Notes: generated by a model not told the origin, from the sequence alone. Shown: positions 45,531-55,672, counted from the stretch's first letter. The stretch is 64,000 bases of DNA from Pyrinomonadaceae bacterium (GCA_036379655.1 DASVGG010000130.1:6272-70271), one strand, 5' to 3'. Numbers and translations are program-made.

Positions 45531-45594
45531 CACAGAGACACGGAGGCACGGCTTGAAGATGATAGACCTCAAGCTGTGCCTCCGTGTCCCTGTG
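45531..45594. repeat. 26-bp stem-loop (CACAGAGACACGGAGGCAC type)
   Basis: 45531-45556 pairs with 45569-45594 (24/26) around a 12-nt loop. It lies immediately downstream of the histidine-kinase stop on the minus strand. Confidence 0.9.
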
Positions 45595-45602
45595 ATTAAA
45601 GT

Positions 45603-47465
45603 TCAAACAGTCTCGGGCGAGAGTGGGAGTTCGATGGTGAAGCGCGTGCCCTGGTCGGGCGCGCTCTCGGCGCGGATGTGGCCGCCGTGCTGCTCGACGA
45701 TCTGCTTGGCGATGGCGAGCCCGAGCCCCGTCCCTTTCTTCTTCGTCGTGAAGAAGGGCTCGAAGATGCGCGCGCGCGTGCGGTCGTCGATGCCCTGTCC
45801 ACGGTCGGTGATGGAGATGCGCGCGGCGGGCACCTGCCGGCCGCCCTCGCCGTTGCGCCGGTCGCCCGCGCTCATCTGGACGCGCTCGGCCGTGATGGCG
45901 ACGGGGCTCTCGGCCGGGCCTGCGTCCACGGCGTTGGCGAGCAGGTTGACGAAGACCTGCCGGAGCTGATCTTCGTCCCAGTGGCCGCGCACGGGCTCTT
46001 CGGGGAAGCGACGCTCGACGGGCGTGCGCTTCTCGCGCAGCTTCTCGGTGACGAGGTCGAGGCTCTCGTTGAGCAGCTCCGCGAGGTCAACGTCGGGCGC
46101 GAGCGTGAGCTGCCGCCGGCGCGAGAACTGCGTCACGTCGAGCGTGAGCTTGGAGAGGTGCTCGATGCCGCGCTCGACGAGGTCGATGGTGGTGATGGCC
46201 TCGCGGTCGCGCGTCATGTCGCGCAGCATGGCGACGCCGAGCCTGATGCTGCCGAGCGGGTTCTTGATTTCGTGCGCCACCTGCGCCGCGGCCTGCCCCA
46301 CGGCGGCCAGAGACTCGCTGCGCCTCAACTCCTGCTCGGACTCGGCCGCCTCGGTCGCGTCCACGAGCGTGAGGAGTTGACCCAACTCGCCCTCTATCTC
46401 AAGCGGCGAAGAGTAAACGTCGAAGGCGTGCTCCTTGCCGTCGCCCTCGGCCGACATGCGGAAGCGGCCGTGGTAGGCCGTGCGGCGGACGCGCGTCGAG
46501 GTGGCGGCGGCCAGGAGCTTGAGCCCGTCGGGCGTCGTGAACTTGTCGTGGATGGAGGCGCCGACCGACGCGCCGGGGAAGACACGGAAGAAGGCCGCGT
46601 TGGCCGAGCGGATGCGGTCGCGCCGGTCAACGGCCGCGACCGCCGACGGCATGCCTTCGAGCATCTGCGTGCTGAACTGCCGCTCGCGGTGCAGCTCCGT
46701 ATAGCCGCGCCGCATCTGCCGGAACCGCCGCCACACTTCGAAGATCGCTGCTCCCGCGACGACCAGCCCCGTGAAGGCCGCGAGCCACATCAGACTCTTG
46801 ATGTCGCTCTGCGCGGCCCTGAGCGTGTCGGAGCGCCGGTCTTCGAGCCGCGTCCGCTCCTCCGAAAGGTCCGACATCAGCGCACGCAACTTGAGGTCGA
46901 GGTCGCGGTTCTTCTGAAAGCCTTCGAGCGAGTAGGTCTTCGTGTCGCGGGTCGTCGCGACGTATTCGACGGCGCGGTCGCGCACCTCCTGCTTCTTGGC
47001 GGGGTTCGGGATGGAGAGTTTGTCGAACTCGGCCAGAAGCTTCTCGAACTCGCCGCGCTCGTTGCGCAGGCGGAGGTCGGAGGGCGGCAGCATGACCCTG
47101 CCCGTCCCCGCTTCGAGGCGCGCGCGCATCCGCGCCTCGGTGTCGAGCCGGCTCAAAGCGAGGCGCAGGTTGAGCAGCGCGTCCGACATCGTCGAGAGAC
47201 GGAGGTACTCGTTCTTCGTCCCGTAGTTGATGTCGCTGACCTTCCCCGCGCTCTTGTAGCCGAGGCCGATGACGAGCCCGACGAGCAGCGCGAATCCGGC
47301 CGACAGCGGCACCAGCGTCTGCCACGGCGCCCCGTACGCGCCGCCCGCCGCCGCCCGCACGCCCGGAGGAGGCGGCGCCTCCAACGCGGGACGCGCCTCT
47401 CCCTCGCCGCCCTCCCCGCCCGGCCGGCTGTACACCACGCGCCCCCCGTCCTGCTTCTCGTTCAT
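45603..47465 (-). CDS. sensor histidine kinase (TM / PAS / HisKA / HATPase_c)
   Basis: H-box [16 protein letters not shown]-box [10 protein letters not shown], and G-boxes DRGQGI and [25 protein letters not shown]. Confidence 0.9.
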   Translation of the reverse strand: MNEKQDGGRVVYSRPGGEGGEGEARPALEAPPPPGVRAAAGGAYGAPWQTLVPLSAGFALLVGLVIGLGYKSAGKVSDINYGTKNEYLRLSTMSDALLNLRLALSRLDTEARMRARLEAGTGRVMLPPSDLRLRNERGEFEKLLAEFDKLSIPNPAKKQEVRDRAVEYVATTRDTKTYSLEGFQKNRDLDLKLRALMSDLSEERTRLEDRRSDTLRAAQSDIKSLMWLAAFTGLVVAGAAIFEVWRRFRQMRRGYTELHRERQFSTQMLEGMPSAVAAVDRRDRIRSANAAFFRVFPGASVGASIHDKFTTPDGLKLLAAATSTRVRRTAYHGRFRMSAEGDGKEHAFDVYSSPLEIEGELGQLLTLVDATEAAESEQELRRSESLAAVGQAAAQVAHEIKNPLGSIRLGVAMLRDMTRDREAITTIDLVERGIEHLSKLTLDVTQFSRRRQLTLAPDVDLAELLNESLDLVTEKLREKRTPVERRFPEEPVRGHWDEDQLRQVFVNLLANAVDAGPAESPVAITAERVQMSAGDRRNGEGGRQVPAARISITDRGQGIDDRTRARIFEPFFTTKKKGTGLGLAIAKQIVEQHGGHIRAESAPDQGTRFTIELPLSPETV

Positions 47466-47471
47466 AAGAAC

Positions 47472-47527
47472 CAGTTTTCAGTTTTTAGTTAAGAGCTGCT
47501 TAACTGAAAACTAAAAACTGAAAACTG
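47472..47527. repeat. stem-loop built from CAGTTTT words (one extra 7-mer in the 3' arm)
   Basis: CAGTTTTCAGTTTTTAGTTAAG (47472-47493) pairs with CTTAACTGAAAACTAAAAACTGAAAACTG (47499-47527). It lies directly after the polA stop on the minus strand. Confidence 0.9.
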
Positions 47528-47530
47528 CCT

Positions 47531-50269
47531 TCACTTCTTCACGTCCATCCAGTTCTCGCCGACGCCGGCCTCGACTTCGAGCGGCACGTCCAGTTCGACG
47601 GCCGTCTCCATCTCGCGACAGAGAATCTCTTCGACCTGCTTCGCCTCCTTCTTCGGCGCCTCGACCAGCAGCTCGTCGTGCACCTGCATCACCATCCGCG
47701 CCTTGAGCCCCGCCGCGCGCAGCGCCTCTTCCACCTTGAGCATCGCGATCTTGACGATGTCGCTCGCGCTCCCTTGAATCGGCATGTTGATGGCTTCGCG
47801 CTCGGCGCGGGCGCGGATGTTGCCGTTGCGGTCGTTGATGGTTGGGACGGGTCGGATGCGGCCATAGATGGAGCGGACGACGGCCGTCTCGCGCGCCTGC
47901 TCGGGAATCTCCTCCATGAAGCGGCGGACGCCCGTGTAGGTCTTGTAGTAGTCGTCGATGACCTGCTTCGCCTCCTTGCGCGAGATGCCGACGCGCTGCG
48001 AGAGACCGAAGGGCTCGACCGCGTAGGCGATGGCGAAGTTGACGATCTTGGCGAAGCGGCGCTTCTCCTTCAACTCCTCCTTCGTCCGCGCGCCGAAGAC
48101 GAGACGGGCCGTGCGCTCGTGTATGTCCTCGTCCTTCTGGAAGGCGTCGAGCATCTGCTCGTCGCGCGTGACGTGCGCGAGCAGGCGCAGTTCAAGTTGT
48201 GAATAATCGGCCGCGACGAAGACGTTCCCCTCCTCCGGCACGAACGCGCGGCGGATGCGGCGCCCGAGTTCCGTGCGGATGGGGATGTTCTGAAGGTTCG
48301 GCTCACTCGAACTTAAACGTCCGGTCGCCGTGACGGTTTGATTAAGTTGACTGTGGATGCGGCCGTCGGGTCCGACGAGCGCGGGCAGCGCGTCTGTGTA
48401 GGTCGCCTTGAGCTTGTCCAACTCGCGGAACTCGATGAGGAGGCGCGGCAGCTCGTATCCCTGCGCGGCCAACTCGTCCAGCACCGCGCGGCTCGTCGAG
48501 ACCTGGCCCGTCGCGGTCTTACGCTTCGTGCTGATGTTGAGCTCTTCCAAGACCTCGCCGACCTGCTTCGGCGAGTTGATCTTGAACTCGCGTCCCGCGA
48601 CCTTGTAAATCTGCGCCGTCAGCTTCTCCAGCTCCGCGCCGAACAACGCCGACAAGTCTCCGAGGACGGACGTGTCCACCTTCAGCCCCACGCGCTCCAT
48701 GCGATGGAGGAGCGGCGCGATGGGCAGCTCTATCTCGTTGTAGATGGCTTCGAGCCCCTGTTCCAGTATGCGTCCGTGCAGCACGTCCGCGACCTGCGCG
48801 GTGAGGTCCGCGGCCTCGGCCGTGCGCCAGTGCTCGGCCGCCCAGCCCTCGCCGGGCGTCTCCGACCAAGCCTCGTCAACGCTCAGCGCCTCGCGCGCGA
48901 GGTCGCCGAGGTCGTAGCGGCTCCGCACGGGGTCGAGCAGGTACGCGGCCAACAGCGTGTCGTCGGCCACGCCTTCCAACTCGACGCCGACGGCCGCGAG
49001 CAGCCCCGTCGCGCGCTTCAGGTCGTGGACAGACTTTGAGAGCAGGCCGTTCGACAGAACGTCCCGCAGCATCGAGACGGCCTGCTCGCGCCCGCCCTCG
49101 AACTCCTCGAAGTTGATGAAGTGCGCCGTGTTCGGCGCGTGCGAGATGGCGATGGACGTGGGCGCGCTCCCCTCGCGCACGCTCGTCTGCTGCCCCGCCC
49201 CGGCGGGCGTCGCGTCGCCGACGGCGAACGACCAGTGGTCAACGTCCCAGAGCTTGCGCGTCAGCGCCTCCAACTCCGAAACCTTGCGCACCTGCACGTA
49301 GACCTTCACGGCCGCGCCCAGGTCAACCTCGGACGCGGCGTCGGAGAACTCGCGCGTCAGCGTTTGAAATTCCAACTCGCGGAAGAGCTTGTAGGCGGCG
49401 GCGCGGTCGGGCGCCTTGCAACGCAGGCGTTCGAGGTCGAGCTTGATGTTAACGTCCGTGCGGATGGTCGCGAGGTCTTTCGACTGAAGGATGATGTCGC
49501 GGTTGTCGCGCAGAGACTCGCGGTAGGTCTTGTGCTTGACCTCCTCCCAACGCTCCAAGGCATTCTCGATTGAGCCGAACTGCTGGACGATCTGCACCGC
49601 GCCCTTCGCGCCGATGCCGGGCGCGCCGGGGATGTTATCGACCGAGTCGCCCATCAGCCCCAGCAGGTCGATGATCTGCGTCGGCTTGACGCCGAACTTG
49701 TTCACGACCCACGCCTCGTCGCACCACTCGACCGGCGGCACGGGCTCCTTGCGCTTCACGTTCTGCGAGTTGTTGCGCATGCAGACGACCCACGGGTCGC
49801 GCACGAGCTGCGTCATGTCCTTGTCGTTCGAGACGATGACGGCCTGCAAGCCCTCCTCGGCCGCCTGCACGGCGAGCGCGCCGATCACGTCGTCGGCCTC
49901 GAAGCCGGGGACGTTGAGAATGGGCACGTTGAAGGCTTCGCAGACGCGGACGATGTAAGGAATCTGCGACTCTAAATCGTCGGGCATCTCCGCGCGGTTG
50001 GCCTTGTAGCCGACGTTCATCTCGTGGCGGAACGTCGGCACGCCCGACTCGAAGACGGCCGCGATGTAATGCGGCTTCTCGTCGGCGAGGAGCTTGCGCA
50101 GCATGTTGGTGAAGACGAAGACGGCCTGCGTCACCTGCCCGCGGCTGTTCGTCAAAGGTTCGCTGCGCCCGCCCATCGGCGCGAAGAACGCGCGGAAGAT
50201 GTGCGAGAACGAGTCGATGAGAAAGACCCGCTCGGTCGGCTCTTTCGGCTTCGATTTTTTCGACGGCAT
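47531..50269 (-). CDS. polA: DNA polymerase I
   Basis: The 5'-3' exonuclease N-terminus (FLIDSFSHIFRAFFA), the 3'-5' exonuclease-like middle, and the polymerase motifs (LVAADYSQLELRLLAH, RRFAKIVNFAIAYA, QVHDELLVE) are all present. Confidence 0.95.
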   Translation of the reverse strand: MPSKKSKPKEPTERVFLIDSFSHIFRAFFAPMGGRSEPLTNSRGQVTQAVFVFTNMLRKLLADEKPHYIAAVFESGVPTFRHEMNVGYKANRAEMPDDLESQIPYIVRVCEAFNVPILNVPGFEADDVIGALAVQAAEEGLQAVIVSNDKDMTQLVRDPWVVCMRNNSQNVKRKEPVPPVEWCDEAWVVNKFGVKPTQIIDLLGLMGDSVDNIPGAPGIGAKGAVQIVQQFGSIENALERWEEVKHKTYRESLRDNRDIILQSKDLATIRTDVNIKLDLERLRCKAPDRAAAYKLFRELEFQTLTREFSDAASEVDLGAAVKVYVQVRKVSELEALTRKLWDVDHWSFAVGDATPAGAGQQTSVREGSAPTSIAISHAPNTAHFINFEEFEGGREQAVSMLRDVLSNGLLSKSVHDLKRATGLLAAVGVELEGVADDTLLAAYLLDPVRSRYDLGDLAREALSVDEAWSETPGEGWAAEHWRTAEAADLTAQVADVLHGRILEQGLEAIYNEIELPIAPLLHRMERVGLKVDTSVLGDLSALFGAELEKLTAQIYKVAGREFKINSPKQVGEVLEELNISTKRKTATGQVSTSRAVLDELAAQGYELPRLLIEFRELDKLKATYTDALPALVGPDGRIHSQLNQTVTATGRLSSSEPNLQNIPIRTELGRRIRRAFVPEEGNVFVAADYSQLELRLLAHVTRDEQMLDAFQKDEDIHERTARLVFGARTKEELKEKRRFAKIVNFAIAYAVEPFGLSQRVGISRKEAKQVIDDYYKTYTGVRRFMEEIPEQARETAVVRSIYGRIRPVPTINDRNGNIRARAEREAINMPIQGSASDIVKIAMLKVEEALRAAGLKARMVMQVHDELLVEAPKKEAKQVEEILCREMETAVELDVPLEVEAGVGENWMDVKK

Positions 50270-50329
50270 GTGCCCCGATGATAAGGAATCACAACGGCGG
50301 GTGACAAGCTACGGGGCGTGTCGCCAACT

Positions 50330-50995
50330 TCAGGAAGAAGTACGCGAGCGTAACATCCGGCGGAAAGCCTTCAACGCGGCGGTCTGACCTTCTGTCTTGC
50401 TCTGCTCCAGATATTGCGTGAGGTCTTCGGCCGTGATAGTCGGGAAGGCGAGGCTGTTCTGTATCACTTCGTAGTTTTCACCCGTGAGTTTGTAGAAGCG
50501 CGTACTCTCTCCGTCGTAGCACCAGATTTCGTGCACACCGAGCGCGGCGTAGATGGGGAACTTGTCGAGTGGGTCGTTGCTCATGTCAATCTCAACAGCG
50601 ACATCTGGTGGCGGGTCAACGTCCAAGTCAAGTTCAAGGTGGCCGATGATGCGGGCGGCGTTTTGGACATAGAAACTCTCATCCGCCTCGACGCCCTTCA
50701 TCAACTTCCTGCGTTGCAGGGTCGTAGCGCCCGTGGCCTCGATGTTAAGATTCAACTCCTCCGCGAGAACATGCGCCGCCCTACTAACAAACGCCTTGAA
50801 AAATTCATGCTCTCGTTTGGGGCTCACGACAACTAGCCTCCCGCGGTCGTAGCTCAGACGGTGGCCGGGATGAAAATTCTCCATCTGAGTGAGCAGGTGC
50901 TCGTACTCGTCCCAATCTATATTGAAGAGTTCGAGCTTTGCGCCGGCGGTTAAGTGCTCGATGATGTCGAGATAGTTCGTGGTCTGTGTGCTCAT
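50330..50995 (-). CDS. Uma2-family (DUF820) PD-(D/E)xK endonuclease-like protein
   Basis: RLSYDRGRLVVVSP...H..........L....PDVAVEI.S.....D...K...YA..GV.EIW. It is markedly A/T-richer than its neighbours. Confidence 0.7.
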   Translation of the reverse strand: MSTQTTNYLDIIEHLTAGAKLELFNIDWDEYEHLLTQMENFHPGHRLSYDRGRLVVVSPKREHEFFKAFVSRAAHVLAEELNLNIEATGATTLQRRKLMKGVEADESFYVQNAARIIGHLELDLDVDPPPDVAVEIDMSNDPLDKFPIYAALGVHEIWCYDGESTRFYKLTGENYEVIQNSLAFPTITAEDLTQYLEQSKTEGQTAALKAFRRMLRSRTSS

Positions 50996-51249
50996 GTTGG
51001 TTCAGCCCTGAGCCGATGCGGGTCATTATCCGCCCACGGCGCGGGGCGGGCAAGAGGTTTGTGTGGCGCGGGTGCCACAGGGTGGGGCGGGGTTTGTCGC
51101 CCGCGTGCCACAGGAGAAGATTGTCGCGGTCGAAAGTGTCAGGGTTTTCGCGTGCAACGCGGGGGCACGGCCGTTGCTCTTATAATGTGCGTTCCTTCAT
51201 AAAGAGAGCGCCGCGCGCGCTCGGTAGACGAAAGGTCTGAGACCTCGCC

Positions 51250-52134
51250 TTGATTAAACAGACGACCATCGCCGCGCCCGTCGAGACGAGCGGACTGGGC
51301 TTGCACACGGCCGTGCCGGTGCGCCTGCGCCTGCGCCCCGCGCCGCCCGACACGGGCCACGTCTTCGTCCGCACGGACCTCGACGACTTCGAGATTCCCG
51401 CCTCGGTCGAGTGCATCTCACACTGCTCTTACGCCACGACGCTGATGCGTACGGGCGTCATGCTCTCCACGGTCGAGCACCTCCTGTCCGCGCTGCGTGG
51501 CCTGGGGGTGGACAACGCTTACATCGAGGTCGATAACCTCGAACTGCCAATCATGGACGGGTCTTCGGACGACTTCGCGGCGATGGTGCTGCGCGCCGGG
51601 ATAGTGGAGCAGCCGGCGGCGCGCAGGGCCTTGCGCGTGCGTCATAAGGTTGAGGTCGAGCAAGGGCAACGGCGCGTGTCGGTCGAGCCGCTCGAAGGGT
51701 GGGAGATCGAGTGCATGATCGACTTCGCGCACCCGCTCATCGGCGTGCAGCGGATGACGTTCGACGCGCTCGACCCCGAAGCGTTCCTGCGCGAGATTTC
51801 GCCCGCGCGCACCTTCGGCTTCACGGAAGAGATTGAAGCACTGCGGCGCGCGAACCTCATCCGTGGCGGGTCGCTGGAGAACGCCATCGTGCTCACGCCC
51901 GAAGGGATGCTCAACGAGACGCCGCTCCGCACGCCGGACGAGTTCGTCCGTCACAAGATACTCGACATCGTCGGCGACCTCGCGCTGCTCGGCATGCCGC
52001 TGCTCGGACTCGTCAAAGCGGAGCGCAGCGGCCACCTCCTCCACGCCGCGCTCATGTCGAAGCTGCTGCGCGACGAGTCGGCGTGGGAGATCGTGGACAT
52101 GCCCGTCGCGGCGAGCCTCGCCGTGGCGAAGTAA
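51250..52134 (+). CDS. lpxC: UDP-3-O-acyl-N-acetylglucosamine deacetylase
   Basis: TTIAAPVETSGLGLHT, TVEHLLSAL.GLGVDN, PIMDGSS, FGFTEEIE.LR...L.RGGSLENAIV, and HKILDIVGDLALLG. TTG start. Confidence 0.9.
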   Translation: MIKQTTIAAPVETSGLGLHTAVPVRLRLRPAPPDTGHVFVRTDLDDFEIPASVECISHCSYATTLMRTGVMLSTVEHLLSALRGLGVDNAYIEVDNLELPIMDGSSDDFAAMVLRAGIVEQPAARRALRVRHKVEVEQGQRRVSVEPLEGWEIECMIDFAHPLIGVQRMTFDALDPEAFLREISPARTFGFTEEIEALRRANLIRGGSLENAIVLTPEGMLNETPLRTPDEFVRHKILDIVGDLALLGMPLLGLVKAERSGHLLHAALMSKLLRDESAWEIVDMPVAASLAVAK

Positions 52135-52145
52135 CAGGGCAATAG

Positions 52146-52210
52146 TGAAGACGAAGGTCGTCGCGTCCTTCTTCATCAATTGATGAAGGACGCGACGACC
52201 TTCGTCTTCA
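52146..52210. repeat. 65-bp near-perfect palindrome between convergent genes
   Basis: TGAAGACGAAGGTCGTCGCGTCCTTCTTCATCAA (52146-52179) pairs with TTGATGAAGGACGCGACGACCTTCGTCTTCA (52180-52210), with a 3-nt bulge and the centre at CAATTG. Confidence 0.9.
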
Positions 52211-52220
52211 GTCCGCCCTT

Positions 52221-54881
52221 CTACTTCTGACTCTCTTCCGGCGCGACGCGGCGGATGGCCTCGACGTTAGCGAGCGCCGGGAGTTTTTCGACGGGCATGC
52301 GGCCGACGACGAGGCCCGACGACGGCGCGTCGAGTATCAGCTCGAACCCGAGTTCCTTCAACCGCGCCAGCACGGCGGGCGACTTCTCCGTCAGCCAGAT
52401 GCGCAGCTCGGCCTTGCCGTCGCGGACGAACGTCGCCTCCGCCTCGCCCGGCGTCTCCTTCCCTTCGCCCAAACGCTGTAGGAGCGCGGCGACGAGCGGG
52501 TGCGCCTTCGCGATGAGTTGTCGCCACTTCTGCTCGTCAACGACGACCTGCACCGAGACAGTGCCCTGCGCCCTCGCGGCCTTCGCGATTGGCGGATCGG
52601 CGGGCACGGGCTTCGAGACGGCCTTGCCGTTCAGCACGCTGCCCGAGATGACCGCGGTCGGCGTGGGCGCGGGCGTCGGCGCGAGCGGAGGAGGAGCCGG
52701 CGGCGCCTCTTCCACGACCACCGGCAGGGCGCCGGTGCTTACGGCTATGCCCCCACCTCCAGCTCCCCCCCCACCTGCACCGCTGGCGACGCCCATGCGT
52801 CTTAGAGAACGGCGCGACTTCCTGACCGGCGCCATCGCGGATATCTCCGTGCGCGTCTGGACCTGAAGCGTCTTGTTCGCCGTGACAGGGGCGGAGCCGA
52901 CAACATCCTCCTCGACATCGTTGCCTGACTGCGGGACCGTGCCTTCGGGCACATCGACGGGAACGTCTATGCGGCGCGGCTTGCCGCCGTCGGTGACGAT
53001 GGTCTCTTCGACGGCGACGAACGACGTGAACTGAGTCAACAACCTGTATTCGAGCCCGAGCCCCGTTATCTGCTCGCGCAGGTCTTCGCGCGGGTTGCCC
53101 GACTGCGCGCCCGCGTAGTCTTCACTCATGAGGTCTTCGACCCGGCGCCGCGCCCAGAGCGTGGCGAGCACGTCGTTCTCCGCACGCGACTCGGGCAGCT
53201 CGACGGCCAGCTCGCGCTCGAAGAGTTGTCCCGACATCGTCCCGCGCAGCCGCACCACGCCGCGCCCGCCGGCCGTGTAGCGCCCGCTCACGATGACCGG
53301 GGCCGCGCCGAAGAGGTCGGGGATGCGCCGAGGGTAAACGTCCGTCACCTGTAGGCCGCCCCAGTCGATGGAGATGTCCGTCAGCAGAGGGTTGCGCACG
53401 CGCTCGTGGAAGCGGCGCGCGGCGGCCGAGCCGTCGTCGTCGAGCGTGACGTACTCGACCTCGCCGCGCCCCTCCTCGGCCATCTTGTCGAGCAGGAAGC
53501 GGTTGACCGAACCGCCGATGCCGAACGAGAAGACGCGCGCGTTCGGGTGCTTCCTGACCTCGGAGATGATCTCGAAGTCGTTGCCGACCTCACCGTCGGT
53601 CATGAAGCAGACGATGCGGACGTGCCCCTGCGCGTCCGACGGTTCGAGCGCGGCCCTGATGGCGTCCATCATCTCTGTGCCGCCGCCGCCCGTGCGCGAA
53701 CGCAGAAAGCTTTGCGCCTTCTGAAGGTTCTCGCGCGTCGCGGGCACGGGCTCGTCGAAGAGGACGTGCGTGTCGCCCGCGAACGTGATGAGGTTGAACG
53801 TGTCCTGCGGGTTGAGAGCGTCGAGCGCGAGCCCCATCGTCTCCTTCGCCTTCTCGATGGGAAAGCCCTCCATCGAGCCCGACGTGTCGAGGACGAAGAC
53901 CAGCTCCTTCGGCGTCACGTCCGCGACGGTCACGCGTTGCGGCGGCTGAAGTATCAAAGTGAAGTAGCCGCCGCGCTCGTCGCGGTGCGTCAACATCGCG
54001 TCCTGAATCTTCGCCCCGGCCACGTCGTAACGCAGGATGAAGTCCTTGTTGGGGATGACGTTCAAACTCCTCAGACGCACGCGCGCGCCCGACTGCGACG
54101 GCCGCTCAACGTCAATCGCATGTGAAGGCGACTTGAGCCCTTCGACCGGCACGCCCGCGTCGAGCGAGACCTCGACGGAGATGTCGTGGCCGGCGCGCGT
54201 GCCCGGCCGCGCCTGTGCCGGCGTGATGCGCGTGGCGTCCGGGACGCGGTCGGTGTTCGCCCGACGGCCGCGCGGAGCCCTGCGTCCCGTCGGCGTGCCG
54301 GGGATGTAGCGCGGGCCGACGACCATCGGGAAGACGAACTCGTACGTGCCCGCCTCGTACTTCAGAGTCTCGACGTAGCTGATGACGACCGTGACGCGCT
54401 CGCCGGGCATGACGTTGGCGACCGACTGCGTGAAGACGTTCGGCCGCTCCTGGTCGAGCAGGCTCGCCACCTGACCCGCGTCGCGCGCGGCGCGATAGAC
54501 CTGCCCCGCCTCCTCGCGACGCATGATCTTCCCCTTCACCGTGCGCCCGCCCACCTGCATCGTCATGTCGTCCACGGCCGCCGACTGCGGCAGAGGGAAC
54601 GTGTAGACGGCCTCGATCTTTTCGTTGAAAGGGTTCTCGAACTCCTGCGTCACCGTGACGCGCGCGAGGAAGCCCGCGACGCTCGCGCGCACGTCCGTAT
54701 GCTTGAGCGGGCACAAGCCGCGCGCGCGCCCGTTCGCGCCGAACGCGCCCAGCGAGCCCGGCGTCGCGCCCTGCGACGTGCCCTGCGCGGCGGCCCACGG
54801 CGCGAGCACGGCGGCCGTGAATAGAACCAACAGGAAGGAAGCGAGTGACGCCGCGCGCCTCGATATGAATCTCTGAAGCAT
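52221..54881 (-). CDS. secreted VIT + von Willebrand factor A domain protein
   Basis: Signal peptide, VIT region (LKHTDVRASVAGFLARVTVTQEFENPF...YTFPLP..AAVDDM), and a VWA MIDAS motif (VFVLDTSGSM). Confidence 0.8.
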   Translation of the reverse strand: MLQRFISRRAASLASFLLVLFTAAVLAPWAAAQGTSQGATPGSLGAFGANGRARGLCPLKHTDVRASVAGFLARVTVTQEFENPFNEKIEAVYTFPLPQSAAVDDMTMQVGGRTVKGKIMRREEAGQVYRAARDAGQVASLLDQERPNVFTQSVANVMPGERVTVVISYVETLKYEAGTYEFVFPMVVGPRYIPGTPTGRRAPRGRRANTDRVPDATRITPAQARPGTRAGHDISVEVSLDAGVPVEGLKSPSHAIDVERPSQSGARVRLRSLNVIPNKDFILRYDVAGAKIQDAMLTHRDERGGYFTLILQPPQRVTVADVTPKELVFVLDTSGSMEGFPIEKAKETMGLALDALNPQDTFNLITFAGDTHVLFDEPVPATRENLQKAQSFLRSRTGGGGTEMMDAIRAALEPSDAQGHVRIVCFMTDGEVGNDFEIISEVRKHPNARVFSFGIGGSVNRFLLDKMAEEGRGEVEYVTLDDDGSAAARRFHERVRNPLLTDISIDWGGLQVTDVYPRRIPDLFGAAPVIVSGRYTAGGRGVVRLRGTMSGQLFERELAVELPESRAENDVLATLWARRRVEDLMSEDYAGAQSGNPREDLREQITGLGLEYRLLTQFTSFVAVEETIVTDGGKPRRIDVPVDVPEGTVPQSGNDVEEDVVGSAPVTANKTLQVQTRTEISAMAPVRKSRRSLRRMGVASGAGGGGAGGGGIAVSTGALPVVVEEAPPAPPPLAPTPAPTPTAVISGSVLNGKAVSKPVPADPPIAKAARAQGTVSVQVVVDEQKWRQLIAKAHPLVAALLQRLGEGKETPGEAEATFVRDGKAELRIWLTEKSPAVLARLKELGFELILDAPSSGLVVGRMPVEKLPALANVEAIRRVAPEESQK

Positions 54882-55014
54882 GACCTTCTCCTGACAGACC
54901 TATGGCTTTACGTCGGGCTTAACAGGCCCGGCGCCGGAGACCTCGTGCGCGCACGTTCACATAGACACCGCGCGCGGAAAAAAGGTCCCCGTCTGTCTGG
55001 AAGAAGTGTGCGGG

Positions 55015-55671
55015 TCAGTCGGGCAGGACTATCTCGTAGACGATGCGGAGACGCAGCTCGCGTCCCGAGACTTCGTGGCGCACGTCGGCCGCGCGCAGGC
55101 GCAGCTCGTCGTTGCGCGTGACGGGGACGCGCGCGCCGAGCTGTTCGGCGCGGAGGATTTCGACGGGGTTGACGCGCTCGTCAATCGCGTCCTGCACGAG
55201 TCCCGTGAGGCCGCCGCCGAGGAGCGAGGTGGGGACGTTCTTCAACTTCAAGTCGCGGACGGTGACGCGCGCGCCGAGCACCTGCCGCTCGCGGTTGAAC
55301 TCCAACTGGAAGGACGTGCCGGCCCAACCCTCGAACCGCAGGCAGCCGACGAGCGGCGCGTCGTACGAGCCGCGAAAAGCAACCGGCGCGGTGATGCGTC
55401 CGTCGGCGAAGCGCACGGCCGTCCGCGTCCCCCCGGCCTCGGGCAGGAGTTGCACGCGGCTCTCGCACTTCTTCCCCTCGCCGCCCTTCGACAGAGGGAA
55501 GCTCGGCGGCTCCGGCCGCGAAGCAACCGTCACGAGCAGCGCGTTCAAAAACTCCTCGCTCAAAACGACGACCACCTCGCCCGCCGGAGCGACACGCTCG
55601 GCACGCGCGGACGCAAACGACGACGACGAGAGCGCCAGCAAGACGCTCAACAACATGTTGAATGCTTTCAT
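55015..55671 (-). CDS. hypothetical secreted protein
   Basis: Signal peptide MKAFNMLLSVLLALSSSSFASA. Its start is 1 nt downstream of the kdsD stop. I recognise no family. Confidence 0.55.
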   Translation of the reverse strand: MKAFNMLLSVLLALSSSSFASARAERVAPAGEVVVVLSEEFLNALLVTVASRPEPPSFPLSKGGEGKKCESRVQLLPEAGGTRTAVRFADGRITAPVAFRGSYDAPLVGCLRFEGWAGTSFQLEFNRERQVLGARVTVRDLKLKNVPTSLLGGGLTGLVQDAIDERVNPVEILRAEQLGARVPVTRNDELRLRAADVRHEVSGRELRLRIVYEIVLPD

Positions 55672-55672
55672 C

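Noticed and set aside
51181-51186. TATAAT boxes before lpxC (51181-51186) and tsaD (11829-11834) as full promoters.
   Set aside because: Each has a perfect -10 hexamer, but I could not find an acceptable -35 at 16-19 nt spacing. I therefore did not list them as features.
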